Shown one piece after another: positions 44,436-45,750 of a stretch of 45,750 nucleotides of DNA. The DNA lies in NCBI GenBank assembly GCA_900555295.1, contig USKN01000001.1:1-45750 (forward strand). Direction: 5' to 3'. The stretch's first letter is position 1. Every line of letters starts with the position of its first letter. The notes below the pieces were generated by a model that saw nothing but the letters and a program-made list of their open reading frames with translations, had not been told where the DNA came from and did no database searches. Position numbers and translations under genes: made by a program. Source of the DNA: an uncultured Eubacteriales bacterium. GTDB taxonomy: Bacteria > Bacillota > Clostridia > UMGS1810.

Positions 44436-44981
44436 ATGAACATATGCGTATACGGAGCGGCAAGCAACACAATTGACAACAGTTACATACAAGCCGGTGA
44501 ACAGCTTGGCGAAATTATGGGTAAAACGGGACATTCGCTTATATTTGGCGGCGGTGCAAACGGTCTTATGGGAGCGGTTGCACGCGGTGTAAGTAAAAGC
44601 GGCGGCAAAGTAACATCGGTAGTACCGTATTTTTTTAACGGCGACGGAATACTTTTTGATAAAGCAAGCGAGTTAATACGCTGTGACACAATGCGTGAGC
44701 GTAAACAAATAATGGAAGATAACTCCGACGCATTTATTATGACTCCGGGCGGGTTGGGTACATTTGATGAATTTTTTGAAATGTACACTCTAAAGAACCT
44801 GGGCAGACACACAAAGCCGATTGCAATACTCAACACAAACGGTTATTTTAATGCACTTATAAAAATGCTTAAAAACACTGCCGATAACGGGTTTATGCTG
44901 CACAGCACATTAGACATTATAGGAGTTTTTGATAACCCAAAAGATGTAATAGATTATATTGAAAGAAGCGTTAAAAAATGA
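44436..44981 (+). CDS. LOG family protein (TIGR00730-type nucleotide 5'-monophosphate nucleosidase)
   Basis: 181 aa. IFGGGANGLMGAVA and the PGGLGTFDEFFE (PGGxGTxxE) motif. AAGGAG RBS. Confidence 0.88.
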   Translation: MNICVYGAASNTIDNSYIQAGEQLGEIMGKTGHSLIFGGGANGLMGAVARGVSKSGGKVTSVVPYFFNGDGILFDKASELIRCDTMRERKQIMEDNSDAFIMTPGGLGTFDEFFEMYTLKNLGRHTKPIAILNTNGYFNALIKMLKNTADNGFMLHSTLDIIGVFDNPKDVIDYIERSVKK

Positions 44982-45374
44982 ATATAAACATACGCAATGC
45001 AAATATACACGATGCACGGCAACTTTTAAAAATATATGAACCGTATGTATTAGGCAAGCGTATTTAAAGACCGCGCCGCATACGATTGGTCGGTTGAAGT
45101 ATCTATATACATAAAACAAGATATGAAAAAACACGGTATAGGCAAAATGCTTTATACCGAGCTTGAAAGACGGCTTAAAGAGCAAAACATTTTAAATGTT
45201 TATGCGTGCATTGCCTACCCCGAGCGTGATGATGAATATTTAGACAAAAACAGCGCACAATTTCACAAGCATTTGGGTTACCGCCGTGTAGGTACTTTAC
45301 GCAAATGCGGTTACAAATTCGGCCGTTGGTACAATATGGTATGGTACGAAAAATTTATAGGTAAACATAAATAG
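44978..45374 (+). pseudogene. GNAT (phosphinothricin-acetyltransferase-like) N-acetyltransferase with an internal deletion and frame change
   Basis: ATG at 44978 (ATGA overlap with the LOG stop) gives MNINIRNANIHDARQLLKIYEPYVLGKRI*, with the stop at 45065. A second frame open from 45054 gives ASVFKDRAAYDWSVEVSIYIKQDMKKHGIGKMLY...YKFGRWYNMVWYEKF, which includes ORF 45123..45374. The segment between the N-terminal helix and the conserved RAAYDWSVE block is missing. Confidence 0.65.
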
Positions 45375-45434
45375 TTTTTTTGCAAGAGAGGAGTTAAACC
45401 AATATTCCTCTTTTGCCTGTCGTATAAAGCATAT

Positions 45435-45750
45435 TCACCTTTTATGCTGAAAATACCTGTATATAATCCAATACACAACTACCTGTATGCACATTACGTA
45501 ACAAATTATTGACGCCTCATACTTCATTTTTAAAAAGTACAAAACAACAACCCCAATACCCAGCAAAAATACCGTTACATTAAAAGTAAACGCGCGTGCC
45601 TCTTTCCAAATAGAAATATTTCTTTCGTCGGTTTCGTTAATCATTTGCTTTTTGATTAAATCGTCCGACAATAATATTTTTCGGTATTTTACAACGTTTA
45701 CTATACCTATAATGCAAAGTGCCGCACCGTACGATATAAAAAATTCATCA
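45435..45750 (-). CDS. Multi-pass membrane protein of unknown function, 3' part (gene continues past the right edge)
   Basis: Track ORF 45435..45671 begins with TTG, but the same frame is open up to position 45750 (...DEFFISYGAALCIIGIVNVVKYRKILLSDDLIKKQ...). At least three hydrophobic helices. Confidence 0.5.
   Translation of the reverse strand, partial: DEFFISYGAALCIIGIVNVVKYRKILLSDDLIKKQMINETDERNISIWKEARAFTFNVTVFLLGIGVVVLYFLKMKYEASIICYVMCIQVVVYWIIYRYFQHKR

Noticed and set aside
45382-45416. Hairpin GCAAGAGAGGA / TCCTCTTTTGC after the GNAT pseudogene as a terminator
   Set aside because: - The stem is acceptable (10/11), but no T-run follows it on either strand.
- It is left uncalled.

Overview
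AT-rich chromosomal segment that looks like a spore-forming Firmicute of the Clostridia type. The clues are an alpha/beta-type SASP, HemZ, the DUF1667-type glycerol-3-P dehydrogenase set and GGAGG-type RBSs. Most of the window is core housekeeping.

Layout:
- 1-12.8 kb, minus strand: DUF2207 (partial), lemA, hemZ, an SGNH hydrolase, then the conserved shape/division block read right to left: zapA, U32 peptidase, dut, maf, mreB, mreC, mreD, PBP2, one MinD-like gene, mgsA.
- 13-17.4 kb, plus strand: M18 aminopeptidase, SASP, a small repeat-containing lipoprotein, radA, a PHP/HisJ phosphatase.
- 17.3-20.9 kb: a decayed accessory patch. It holds a P-type ATPase stub, an alpha/beta hydrolase, an SDR pseudogene, an intact phosphotriesterase-family gene and a broken small ORF.
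- 20.9-25.7 kb: livJHMGF.
- 25.9-29.1 kb: icd and aconitase.
- 29.2-32.6 kb: a frameshifted MFS gene, divergent from a TIM-barrel plus Gfo/Idh/MocA pair.
- 33.0 kb: an Rrf2 regulator.
- 33.5-40.2 kb: a tightly packed six-gene glycerol-phosphate operon (GlpA-like, FAD oxidoreductase, DUF1667, G1P dehydrogenase, HAD-IIA, GDPD) with a divergent DeoR regulator.
- 40.4 kb: rpsT.
- 40.9-44.0 kb: a second TIM-barrel plus two Gfo/Idh/MocA genes, with an orphan leader terminator upstream.
- 44.4-45.7 kb: a LOG-family gene, a GNAT gene with an internal deletion, and a partial membrane protein.

I recognised no rRNA, tRNA, CRISPR array, transposase, integrase, phage or known defence genes, and I cannot point to a clear-cut novel system.

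The items most worth follow-up are:
1. The glycerol-phosphate operon that combines G3P- and G1P-specific dehydrogenases.
2. The two orphan oxidoreductase/TIM-barrel modules, one of which has an attenuator-like leader.
3. The Walker-A-lysine-less MinD paralogue, which has no minC or minE next to it.
4. An unusually high density of gene lesions.

All calls come from reading the ORF-track translations, hand translation and motif recall. No database search was run.
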